Of a DNA stretch of 64,000 nucleotides, positions 24,775 through 37,625 are shown one piece after another (within the stretch, counting starts at the first letter, position 1; each line of letters begins with the position of its first letter). The DNA is from Auanema rhodensis. Its lineage: Eukaryota; Animalia; Nematoda. The notes below the pieces were generated by a model. It ran no database searches and was not told the DNA's origin. It saw only the letters and a program-made list of their open reading frames with translations. The stretch covers positions 6,572,001 to 6,636,000 of the forward strand of contig OZ059899.1 in assembly GCA_964057225.1 (NCBI GenBank), read 5' to 3'. Both the position numbers and the translations under genes were made by a program.

Positions 24775-26339
24775 ATGCCACATGGTCTTCTTTCTTATTC
24801 CGGAGATCTACCTTTTCACAGGTTTTTAATATTACAACGTGCGTAGTTGTATCAGGAATTTTCAGGACAAAGAAAATAAAAGATGAGCTATGCACTAAAC
24901 TAGGTTTGAAAATGAAAAGGAGTATAATTAAGTTTATAACTTTTGGTGCTTTAGCGCTATGCACTTGTATATATTTCTTGGTTGGTTTAACTTTATAGTT
25001 TTTGAATCATTCGTTTCACATGCAGTTCGTGTTTATACTTACGGATAATGTAATAATAGATGATCAGTTTCTCTCTGTTGTTCCAGAATCAATTTTAGAG
25101 AAAAGGTAATACTTATGAAGTTTTAAATTTGAATAATAACATATTCCAGGCTAGACTTCCAGTCAATGGTAATTGATCGGATGTGCTCAGAACAAACTGA
25201 TATGTGCTATTCTGTAAATGATATAAAAAACGAAGACGGGTAATTATATTTAACAAAAATTTTTCAATTTTTAATTTTTTTTAGTGCTAGCAGACATTTG
25301 ATTGTCGATGGTTTTGAAGGCGAAAGTGATACAGTAGTGAAATTAACTGCCCCTAATAGTAAAATAAAAAATAAGAGAGTCTTAGCTTCTCCGCTGTTTC
25401 AGATGCCAATTTCGATATTTCCGATACAAGAATATGGACTATCAACCATTTAGATATAGATACTCAATACGTGTGTAATATTTATTAACACATTTAAAAA
25501 TCACTTCTTCAGCTTGCCGCATTTCTTGCTACTCCTTTTCTGATCTCTACTCTTTCATTGGAAACAGGAAAAGACACTGATAAATCAATTTTAGAAATAG
25601 GGTTAGGAGGTGGAAGCTTTTTCATGGCTATGAGACATTACAAACCAGAGGTTAATAATTTCTATTCTATTCTATTCAATAACCTTGTTTTAGGTTAAAA
25701 TAATAACTACTGAACTTGATCCTATCGTCTTAGAGTTGGCTCGTAAATGGTTCGGCGTTACCGAAAATGAGAATGGGAAGACAATTTTAGCGGATGGTCT
25801 GGAATATTTGAAGCAAATGATAGGCCAAGGTTATTTTAACTTATAATATGGGTTTATAGCTTTTTTTCAGATGAAAAGTTTGATGTAATCGTGCTTGATG
25901 CTTGTGATACTAATAAAAAAATGCCGTGTCCAGCTGCAGCTTTCCGTACCGTTGAAGCTGTGAAAACTATTTACAATTCTTTAAAACTCAACGGTTGATA
26001 TTCGTACTAAATTAAAAGCTAATGTTTAACATTTCAGGAATAGCACTAATTAATATCTTAGCATATGCAGATAGGGGTGGATCACCTCTCGATACCATTA
26101 ATCTGTTTTCTGAAGTGTTTCCTACATGTATTCAGCTGAAAATGACTCAAGAGGTAAACATGTTTGTTTCTTGGACTACAAAATAACTTTTTTAGTTTAA
26201 TATATTGTTAATTTGCTTGAATTACACAGTTGGTAATCCTGATCAGCAAATTATGTTTTACCAATCTCGTTTGAAGGTTGTATCTGAAGCTTTATCCATC
26301 AGTCACTTGTTGAATAATATCATAATTGCTAGAAATTAG
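24775..26339 (+). CDS. Type II membrane SAM-dependent methyltransferase (spermidine synthase/METTL13-C-like fold, nematode family)
   Basis: N-terminal TM segment (IIKFITFGALALCTCIYFLFVFIL), motif I ILEIGLGGGSF, TELDPIVLELARKWFG, ILADGLEYL, KFDVIVLDAC..PCPAAAF. Start exon uncertain. Confidence 0.8.
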
Positions 26340-26581
26340 TATTATCTGCAATTAGTACAGGTAGAGTCGAAATAGTCTTGTTACTATGATAGTCATATTC
26401 GGGTCTTTCTCAGCCACAATGTTGCCTGCTATATAGTTTATTTTTCAATCATCATATTCTGTACATTTCTTTATTTTGTATAACTAAATATCAATATAAC
26501 CATTCTTTATTATCGATTTGATCGCTATCTATATAGATCTTATAACCCGTCGACTTGAAACATAGAGAAGTCCTTACATAC

Positions 26582-29265
26582 TTAATGTCTTTTGCTATTT
26601 AGTATCGGTTCACAATATTCCATGACATGAACAATCTGTTCGCAAGTAACCTAATAATGTTTCTACATAGTCATAATTTTTTTTAAATTTCTTACCTTAT
26701 TGTAATACATCTTGATTAAGGAGCAGTTTTGTTCGGCAAACTTTTTTGGGTTTTTTATTCCGAATGATCTTGTAAGGCCTTTGATTCCGACGCACATTTT
26801 GTCTAATTGTTCCTTATTCATTTCCTGACCTTCTAATCTTGGATCAATGATTCCCTGGAAATATTAGTTGTATTCATACATCTGTTACTTAGTTAAACGA
26901 ATTTTCAAATATTGTATTACTCACATAAAATCCACCACCTCCTGTTGAAAATTGCTCGTTTAGTGGTAGTTGCGACAACGAAGTAGTTATGGGATTCTAA
27001 AACAAGAATTCCGGACTGTGTAAAACTAACAAATTTATTGTAGGTTCTGTCTAACTTCGCAATATAGTGATCTTCACTTACTTCTTGATCAGTTAAGGAA
27101 TTAATTTTATTCTTGTTCCATGTTTCATAATATTGTGCATGTTCCTCTGATTGTGCTCGGTTCTGAAACGGTTTATATACTGCTTAATGTTTTATATTAT
27201 TACGGGAATGCTGGTAGATTCCGGTGTTAAATCTTGCTTAATGGTTGATTTTCTGAAACAAAACTTAATCTCTTGTTGAAATACGGAAAAACGTACAATA
27301 ATATTTTCTTTCTTACAAGTGGAACTATTAGTTTCGGAGTCCCGTATACGTAAAGTTTTGAATCAGGATTTAAACGTGCGTCTGGTATTCTTGTAGTTAC
27401 TATTACTGGTATTGTGGAAGTAGTAGTAGTGGTGCTCTCTGCACCAATCTCCATGATTGGCAATGATTTCAATTTTTGAAGTCTGTTTAATTTTATGACT
27501 TTTTTAATCAATGGCCTTGTAGTACTAAATTCATTTTGGGACCCCGCTGGAGGATTATCTATAGATAATTCATTGGAATTATATGCAGATTGCATCACTG
27601 AATTTTGGTTAACATTTCCAAACATAAAGTCTCGTGTAGTTGTAGGGACGGTTGAAGTCACGCTTTTTTGTCGTTCGAGTAATTTTTCGTTTTCTTGTTT
27701 CTGTTGCTCAAGTTTTTCACGAAGTTCGTTTATACGTTCCTGCTGAATCCGTATAGCTTCAGCCTCGATACGGGAGGCCTCCTCGTGTTTTTTTTTGAGA
27801 AGAGTTTCTAATTGTTTTCGTTCTGCTTCAATCCTATCCTTCTCCTTTTCTATTGCGTTACGTTCCTTGGCAATTCTTTCTATTTCTTCTTTCATACGGC
27901 GACGTTCTAGCAATTGTTTTCTACTTTCTTCCTGAACTAACCGTTTCTTTTCTTGCTCGCTTTTAATGAGAATGGCTTCTTTCTGTGCTTGATCCTCTTT
28001 TCTTCTTTGTTGCTCAGCTTCTTCTCTTTTTCTTAATTCACTCATTATTCTCGCTTCTTCTTCTCTCCTCTTCTTTTCTTCTTTCTGCCTTTGTATCCGC
28101 TCCTCTTCCAGGTGTTTTCTTAACTCATCTTCAGCTAGCTTCCTTTTTGTTTCTTCAAAAACGCGTTTTCTTTCTTCTTCTAGTCGTTGATTTTCCATTT
28201 CAATTTGTCTTTTTTTCTCTTCTTCACGTCGTTGTTCTTGAATTATACTTTGCCTTTGTAATTCTTTCTCCATCATCTCCTTTTCGTTTTCCAATTGTTG
28301 TCTCTCTTCTAAAAGTTGTTGTCTTTCTGCTGCCAGTTCTCTTTGATATTCCCGTTCCTTTTGGGCGCGTACATGAAGCGCTTGCTGCTCTGAAAGAGCT
28401 TTACGTCGTTCTTCCTCTCTTCTTCGTTTTGTTTCCGTCTGACTTTTAATTTTCTGAATATTTCTGCTTTCGTGTTGTTCTAGATGCTTCTTGAGTTCAC
28501 TTTGACGCTCTTTCAACTTTTGGACGATTTCCAAATCGTTGATCATGTCCATTTCTTCTTTACTCTTCAACAAATCGTTAGGCTGAATTTTTCTATCAGA
28601 AGCATCTTCCATTTTTTCAACTTTTAGAGGATATTGAAATTGGGCTGTAGGAACTGTTCTTTGTATGATCGAAATCTGCAATGCAATAGGTGATTCATAG
28701 AACTTAGAATTTACAGTCAGACATGTTGCTTTCGTTCATGGATCGGAATAGGAAAAACATTAGTTGGGCCTACATCTGAAAATGGAGATTTACGGAATGA
28801 AATTAAGCGTTGGAAATCGTTTCAAAAAAGAAAAATGATTCATGGCCTTTAGATTGTCTTAAGACGAGAATAAATACTTGATGCTTTCTGGACATCCTTG
28901 TTAATTAACTAAGACTTCAACTTGTGATCTAAGTCATTTACAGCAAAAATGATTATTAGCTAATGTCATCTAGTTTACAAGTACATGTTATATTTCGAAT
29001 GCATAATTCTTAAGCTAAAAACTCACCCTCTTGAGAACTGGATATCTGAGAATTTTCTTCTGTAGACTAAAACAACATCAATAAAAATTAAAAATAATTC
29101 AGAGCTTAACCTTTAGTTGATCAAAGCCTAAAGACACTGAGCCAGTGTATAAATTCTTGCTAGCCTAAATTTATTAAAATGTTACAAAGTAAATACAATT
29201 AAAATTACTGTAATAATCGCAGCACACAATAGTAACAGTATTATAGTTGTAAGACTTCCCATCAT
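26582..29265 (-). CDS. Secreted coiled-coil protein with C-terminal aECM cysteine-cradle-type domain
   Basis: Signal peptide MMGSLTTIILLLLCAAIIT, a ~280-aa E/K/R/Q-rich helical segment (ORF 27227-28681), Thr-rich linker, and C-terminal CVGIKGLTRSFGIKNPKKFAEQNCSLIKMYYNKVTCEQIVHVMEYC. Confidence 0.8.
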
Positions 29266-31494
29266 AAGTCTTTTGCAATATCTAGAATTTGAAGTATGTA
29301 TTCAAGAAGTTGCTACGGTTTTGACAGTCTATCTTTAATCAAAATGAGTTAAGAGGGAGAAATAACTGAGAAAATGTCAGTGATGTGTCAAACATCATCA
29401 ACAAACAGGAGAAACTGGAAGAAGTCAAACTCGAGATGATTAAAAAGCAAGAAATTAAAAAGTTCTAAATTATCAATTGAATATAAGGTATATTTCTCAC
29501 TTTTAATGGCTTACTTTTAATTCAAATAAATCGTTTTTGAAGTTTGAATATAATATAAGATCAAAAAGAGTGAACAGGTGATTACATTTTCGAGAAGATT
29601 TCTTTTTCACCTGAAACAGGATGTCGACTAGATTTCAGTTTCATAAAGTACGTTATCTCATGAAAAATCTTAACCAAGAACGGATGTCGGATAAGCTGAC
29701 AATGGTCAAATTCTCTAAGTTCATCAGTGTGACTAAAAGACCGCATAAGAACCAGGGAGCTAATCTTTTGCATCTTTAGTTTGAACAAAAGAAGAGCGGC
29801 GTCAATTTCTTGAAATGGTTCGTGCAGAAAATATTCAAATATGACAAGAAAATGAGCATATGAAGAAGTTTAGTTTTTGATTACAATGGCTAAAAAAGGC
29901 ATTTAATAAAAAATACAATATCAAGAAGTTAGCTTTTAATAATATTATGGAGAAATGATATAAAAATGGTCATCACAAGAAGGTTGCTAATGTTAATTGA
30001 TTTGAAAACAATTAATTGATAATGAAAATGCAGATGATACCTGAAGAAGATGTATAATAAGATTTCAGATAACAATGGATGAGAAAAGAAGGCGATCACA
30101 GCAATCATAGACAGCTAATCGCTTTATGATGTTTGAGAATGTCGCTTAGTCAAGATTCTCGCTGTAGTATACGAGCTATTAGTTGGATGAAAACAATTCA
30201 AATGGTTTTATCTTTCTTTCACGAAACAATATAATCATTAACTATTATGTAATTCAACTACAATCTCCAAGAAAATTTTGTGGAAGATGGTGTTAGAATC
30301 AATAGTTCAATTTTTCAAAACAAAACTGCCTTTGAAGGAAGACTAGATGCATGTAATATTAGAACATTACTGTATAAATATAAATAAAGTAGGTATGAAA
30401 CAAAATATGAGTTCGGCTTCAAACTGGTCATGGGGATCATATTATAAGAGATTAAACGATTTACATAAAAATTAGTAATTAAGTAAAAAGCTAAAAAAAT
30501 CTGATTCCGAAAATATTGTTTTCTTAAAGCTTGAATTGTGAGATAGCTATTTTGAAAGAGATAATGAGACTATAGGACTAGCCATCTTGAAGTCTTGTTG
30601 TGGTTTGGACGTAAATGATGATGATGAATAGAGGCTTCGAATTCAAGACTGGGCGGGATGGTACACTAAATACGGAAGATAAGAGATGTCAAGAAACATG
30701 TTCCTTCAGTCTTTCCGAATAAATTACGATGTTTATAGACGTTTTCCGAAAAATTGAACGAACCTTCTTTCTTTCAGCAGAAAAAAAATTTTTTTAAGAA
30801 CCAAATACTTGAGCAATTAATATCTCCTCAAACTTAGATGCACATCTGAGGGATTGCAGGTAATTAATAAGAAAAATATGACAATGACATATAGTCAATC
30901 TTGTGTAGATCTCTTTTTTAAACTTTTGACCCCGAAAAGAATATGAATCACCTTTTCTGCTTAACATGTTTTTCCTGTTCAAGTATGGCTAACTGAATGG
31001 GAGACATCATGATGATGAGACCTGTACAGTCGATGGCTTTAGCCTAAATATAATTGCTCATTTCTGTGTTAAAAACATTATATTATATAACTAAATAAAC
31101 ACCAAAATATCAAGAAAATAAATAGTGCAAGATTTACCTGATAAAGAATCCAACCTGAGTGTCATGAAAGACAGATACAGAATGACGAATAGTTGTATAA
31201 TTTGAGAGTATAACCCACATTGAGAAGAACAATTAGGAAGATTTTTTCATTTTACAAGTGGAAGGACATGTGAAGGGCACTCAGATCAGACACAGCTTTT
31301 ATGATTTTAAAATAATTTATTTTTAAAACCAGTTGCAAATTAATATAGAATAACATTTTCTTTAATTTAATTTACTTCAATATCAAGTAAACTAAATATT
31401 TTGAAAATAATGTCTAAAGGCAAATAACGTAAGTTTGCTAAAAAAGGGAAACAATAAATATTTGCATTATCATATTCGTTTTTGTAATAGACTT

Positions 31495-32854
31495 TTACAG
31501 TCTTTCAACATGCCTACCAAAGTTTGTTGGTGGTGTCGTGGCCCAGCCGGTGTTGAAGCCTCCTGTTGATTGAACTCCAAATATATTACCATCAGATGTA
31601 GCTCTCAACCGAGGAATACCAGAATCCCTAGATATAGTATCTACAGTCATTGCATCAAAACATTTTCTTTATCAGCATTACAATTGATCGATATAGTTTA
31701 CATATTGAACTCACATTCTCAACATATCATTGTCCATTCGTACAGCTAACGTTTCACTTCGAGATGGTAAAGATGAGACCTCAGATTCTTCACTACGTTC
31801 CCTGTAAGTAAGGATAAAAAGGTAACCCTTGATAATTCTTTTAATCATTTAAAGATTAGTAAAAATGATAGGGCGGGGTTGTTCATATGATTCACATCTA
31901 AAGGCAGCAAAATTTAATAGCAAGAAACTTTTTCTTCATTTCATATATGGGCAGGACCAAACATAAGTTTACACGTCTTTATCAATTGGCTAGTGAGCAA
32001 TAAATGAAGGCGTATAATATAGAAATTAACAAGATATATCATTTCCGTCAAACTAATAATATTTCAGAAACAAATTATATTTCTATAATGTGACTTACAT
32101 TAACTTAGCAATTACTACAGCAGCGCATAGTAACATTACAATAGCTGTAATAGCTCCAAATACAGACATGGAAATAGCAGCGTATCTGGCAACTAAAACA
32201 ATGCAATCTTTCGATACTATTATATTAAAAAACCATCTCTTGCATTAGTACTATTTTTTAAGTAAACTCCAAGCCAATTTTGAACAATTGAACTACTGTT
32301 CACGAAAATTTCCACAAAGAAAAAGACCGTCCAGGCTACTTGAACGAATGTGCAAATTATCTAAAAAAAAACAGTAATTTCATGCCAAACTAGAATTTAA
32401 CACATGAATCATTAACCAGCCAGCATACGATTTGTTAGAGCCCTTAATATCAGCATATACAAATGGAATGTAAGCAAATGCTAGGAATATGATTTTAGGA
32501 AATACAGTTGAAATTTGATAATACCTGAAATAACCATAGCGAAGCCCCACCATTGTTGTGCGGCAAGAAATAGAATATTAAATAGTAAATAAGATACAAA
32601 AGAGGATATTATTAAAACACTAGTAAACTGCTGAAAAATATATATTGAGAATTATATTGAATGAATCCAAAATATAGTATAATATATTGAAAATTTCATG
32701 AAACTCACCAATTCAAAAGCCATATGCTCTGAGCAGTTAAAAATGAAACTGCAGGACTCAGAAAACCTGATAAGCGATGACAATATGACACATAAAATAT
32801 GATACTGGCATCAAACCTTGTGAAGCCCCAAGGAGGCTTGTTTGTTATACACAT
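31495..32854 (-). CDS. Uncharacterised multi-pass (about 4 TM) membrane protein
   Basis: Hand-spliced exons MCITNKPPWGFT..QFTSVLIISSFVSYLLFNILFLAAQQWWGFAMVISAFAYIPFV..IICTFVQVAWTVFFFVEIFV..YAAISMSVFGAITAIVMLLCAAVVIAK, then a cytoplasmic tail ..GFNTGWATTPPTNFGRHVERL*. One internal junction is unresolved. Confidence 0.55.
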
Positions 32855-33613
32855 TTTTCTTGTTTTTACAACAGTATTTTAAAGGTACATTATATACACC
32901 TCTATCATAAGAACAGTCCAATTAATAAACAGATTATGTGTCACATATGGATTTTTAATTTGATTGCCCAAAAACAAACAATTAAGCATTCGGTCAATCA
33001 ATGCTGCCTTCAACAACTCAAGCAACTTAAAGTGTTCATTTGTTAACCATTTGTCAGTAAATATACAAGCTAAAATGATGCGAGTTCTGATTCTACGTTG
33101 AACAATTATTGATAGTGTTTCTATTTATGACCCTAATTCAACTTTATGTATTGATGACGATCCCCAGCAGAAGAGTAAACATGAAATACAATTGCATGAA
33201 GTTTTTCGAGCAAAAAAAAAAATTTCCATCCACTCCCAATATGAAAATACGCTCTCAATTAATAAACATTACCTCCTATTTCTACCATCGCCCTTTAAAC
33301 TTTTGAAATGATTAACCATTTTGCGCACTAGCACAAACTTTGCGCCAAGAAAAGGTTTCACTGCGCATCAGCTCAAAATTAGTTAACGCTGCCTATCCAC
33401 ACGAAGTATGTAGGACATTGACAGTATAACTGAACATATTTTATCCTAAATTTCTCTCGTTCAATGCATTACACGTAGTTTTGTATTAATATATTACTTT
33501 TCAGTTTTCTTTTAATCATTTTTTGCTGTTTGTAAAGTAAAGTAATATCGTGAATCCATAGAATTTTGCAGGGTTCGTCTTTAAAACGTGAGAGCGATCC
33601 TTAACACACCACG

Positions 33614-34639
33614 ATGGTTAGGGAAGACAGATCTACATGGAAGGCTAACTACTTCCTCAAGTTGGTAGAACTTTTCGAGGAATATCCAAAGTGCTTCATC
33701 GTCGGAGTTGACAATGTTGGTTCCAAGCAAATGCAAGAAATCCGTCAAGCTATGAGAGGTACGATATTATATGATTTTTTTTGTTATCTAGTCTGTATAG
33801 GATCTGCTGTTATCCTTATGGGAAAGAATACCATGATCCGTAAGGCTATTCGTGGTCATCTTGCTAAGAATCCAGCCCTTGAGAAGATTCTTCCATACAT
33901 TGTCCAAAATGTTGGATTTGTCTTCACCAAGGATGATCTTTCCGAGATCCGCTCCAAGCTTGTCGAAAACAAGAGAGTTAGTAAAAGTACAAATGAATGT
34001 TTTAATTATTTTACATAATAGGGTGCCCCAGCCAAGGCCGGAGCTATCGCCCCATGCGATGTTAAGCTTCCACCACAAAACACTGGTATGGGACCAGAGA
34101 AGACTTCTTTCTTCCAAGCTCTCCAGATTCCAACCAAGATTGCTCGTGGTACCATCGAAATCCTTAATGAGGTTCACCTTATCAAGGAAGGCGAGAAGGT
34201 TGGAGCTTCTGAGGCTGCTCTTCTTAATATGTTGGGAATTACTCCCTTCTCATATGGATTGGTCGTTCTTGAAGTCTACGACAACGGAACCATGTATTCA
34301 CCAGATGTCCTCGATATGACCACCGAGGAGCTTCGTAACCGCTTCATGGCTGGTGTTCGCAACGTTGCTTCGGTTTCTCTTGCTATCAAATACCCAACTC
34401 TTGCTTCCGTCGCCCACTCTTTGGCTTCTGGAATCCAAAACATGCTCGGAGTTGCCGCTGTTACCGATGTCACCTTCAAGGAGGCCGAGCAACTCAAAGC
34501 TTACATTGCCGATCCAAGCAAGTTCGCTGCTGCTGCCCCAGCTGCTTCTGCTGCCGCTCCTGCTGCTGCCGCCGCCGCTGCTAAGCAAGAGTCTGAAGAG
34601 GAATCCGATGATGATGCTGGATTCGCACTTTTCGACTAG
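33614..34639 (+). CDS. rla-0: 60S acidic ribosomal protein P0 (uL10)
   Basis: [44 protein letters not shown]..; Ala-rich hinge and C-terminal [14 protein letters not shown]. Introns 33759-33800 and 33977-34021. Confidence 0.98.
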
Positions 34640-34812
34640 ATTGACGATTGTTTCACAGCTTTGGTCGTTATCTCTTTGGAGAATGAATTTGTTGATGTTT
34701 TTCTTTATTCAATTCTTTTCTTGTTCATTCAAGTGATATACCTGATATGATTTTAATTTTGTTTTATATATTGCATTTATTTAGCTTTTTGCTTGTTTGG
34801 GAAGTGCTGAAA

Positions 34813-35848
34813 ATGCTGATCTTCAAGGATGCCTTTACCGGTATGTTAGCACATTATTTTTTAGTGAACCATGCTCCTTAAGCCGTATTACGTTTCGAAC
34901 TCTACATTGATCAAAATGTCAGGGGAGCGACGTTTTGCCGTTTTCCTGATAATTTTGATTACTTGTTGATTTGAATGGTTGTGATATGGTGAATCAGCTA
35001 TGGAAAATAACTTGCATGATTCCATATATTTTTTGTTGCTTATGTTTGATACATGAATACCCAAGTAATCATGGTATATATTGCAGATGACGAACTCTCC
35101 TCAGATTCCTACCCAATGAAGCTCGTTGACGATCTCGTCTATGAGTTCAAAGGCAAGCACGTTGTCCGTAAAGAAGGAGATATCGTTCTTGCTGGATCTA
35201 ACCCATCAGCTGAAGAAGAAGAAGAAGGATCCGATGAACACGTTGAGCGTGGTATTGATATCGTTCTTAGCCACAAACTTGTGGTAGGTTAGTTTGATAA
35301 TTTCTGAAAACAAACTAAGCAATTGTTCACCAAATTCAATTATCGGCTGATAAATATATAATGTATTTCAGGAGATGAACTGTTATGAGGATGCATCTAC
35401 TTTCAAGTCTTATGTTAAAGGATTCGTGAAGCGAACTCTTGAACATATGGAAAAGAATGGAAAAAGCAAGGATGAAATTGACTCCTTCAAGAAAAAGATT
35501 CAAGGATGGGTTGTCAGTCTTCTTGACAAGCAACGCTTTAAGAACTTGGCTTTCTTCATAGGTTTGTGAATTATATAATTTGCTATACCCTTTAGCTCAT
35601 GTGTAGAATTTTTTAATGATCTTCACATTTTTTTAAAAGCGGTGAAATTAAAGACGCAAACCACGTTTCCGGATGAAGGATTTACTGTCTTTGTGTGGCA
35701 CTAGTTTAGCGTTATATTTGCAGGAGAGCGCGCTGCCGAAGGTGCTGAAGGAGGACAAGTAGCTATTATTGAGTACCGTGATGTGGATGGAACTGAAGTC
35801 CCAACCCTCATGTTGGTTAAGGAAGCTATCATCATTGAGAAGAACTAA
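34813..35848 (+). CDS. tct-1: Translationally controlled tumour protein (TCTP/TPT1)
   Basis: MLIFKDAFTDDELSSDSYPMKLVDDLVYEFKGKHV..LAGSNPSAEE..GIDIVLSHKL..VPTLMLVKEAIIIEKN*. Exons 34813-34840, 35087-35283, 35372-35561, 35724-35848. Confidence 0.97.
35584..35719 (+). ncRNA. Candidate box H/ACA snoRNA in tct-1 intron 3
   Basis: Hairpin (ATGTGTAGA 35599-35607 / TCTTCACAT 35620-35628, lower stem TACCCTTTAG/TTAAAAGCGGTG), H box AAATTA at 35645-35650, second hairpin (GACGCAAAC/GTTTAGCGTT), then AUA + 3 nt; ~135 nt. Confidence 0.45.
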
Positions 35849-36013
35849 TTTGGTCATCAAACAACTGTCATTCGTGTGATTTGCATTTTTGAATGATTAA
35901 ATCATAATGGTTTTCCCATTTTTTTTTTGAGTTCAAGCGTTCATAGCCGTTCATATTTCTTTGCTGTTATTTGTTTATTCTTTGTTTATTCTAATTTATT
36001 CTTAGGGTATAAA

Positions 36014-36329
36014 ATGGCCAAGCGCACCAAGAAGGTCGGTATTGTCGGAAAGTACGGAACCAGATATGGAGCTTCGCTCCGTAAGATGGTCAAGAAGATG
36101 GAAGTTACCCAGCACTCCCGCTACACCTGCCCATTCTGCGGTAAAGAGGCAATGCGCCGCGAGGCCGTCGGAATCTGGAACTGCTCCAAGTGCCACAAGG
36201 TAACGTAACTATTAAGGCGGTTACTAATTATTTTTTTAGACTGTAGCTGGTGGAGCTTACGTCTATGGAACTGTTACTGCTGCCACTGTCAGGTCAACCA
36301 TCCGTCGTCTTCGTGACCTCAAGGAATAA
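36014..36329 (+). CDS. rpl-43: 60S ribosomal protein eL43 (L37a)
   Basis: [74 protein letters not shown]. Intron 36200-36239. Confidence 0.97.
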
Positions 36330-36618
36330 GCCTGTTGTTGTTGTTATTTTTCGTCCAATAAATTTTTGGATACGTTCTCGTTGTACTTTTAATAACAATA
36401 TTATTTACTCTGAACAACTCGATTGGAATATTTGTAGTTTCAAAATAAATGCTCTAATAAATACTGGTTTTCGAAATGAGCAATGCTATATGTTTTTACC
36501 AGCCTTTATCGGGTTTGGATTTCATAATTTTATTTCTGTTAAGACCATTCGGGTTCGGTGAAACCGGTTTTGATAGTTCCCATCATATTTTGGGAATGAC
36601 ATTATATACTATTTGAGG

Positions 36619-37470
<852 letters not shown>

Positions 37471-37625
37471 AACAAAATATTACATTTATTGAAAATGTTT
37501 CTCGTTGTACGTAAAAATGCAATAAAAATGACAAGTAAAATAATAAGTGACTAGCGTAAATCTGAAAAATGGTGCACGAATAAAACCCGTTAATTACAAA
37601 ATAGTATTATGAGAAGTAAGAATAC

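Noticed and set aside
27495-28449. Plus-strand ORFs of 83 and 154 aa
   Set aside because: Antisense shadows of the E/K/R-rich coiled-coil exon.
30560-31250. Possible small minus-strand gene (splice-like signals at ~31137, ~31020, ~30950)
   Set aside because: Could not build a consistent ATG-to-stop model.
33788-34736. Several alternative-frame and antisense ORFs over rla-0
   Set aside because: By-products of strong codon bias in a highly expressed gene.
34876-34884. CCTTAAGCC in tct-1 intron 1 as a telomerase template
   Set aside because: Matches only 6 nt of the TTAGGC complement, with no alignment region and no H/ACA end.
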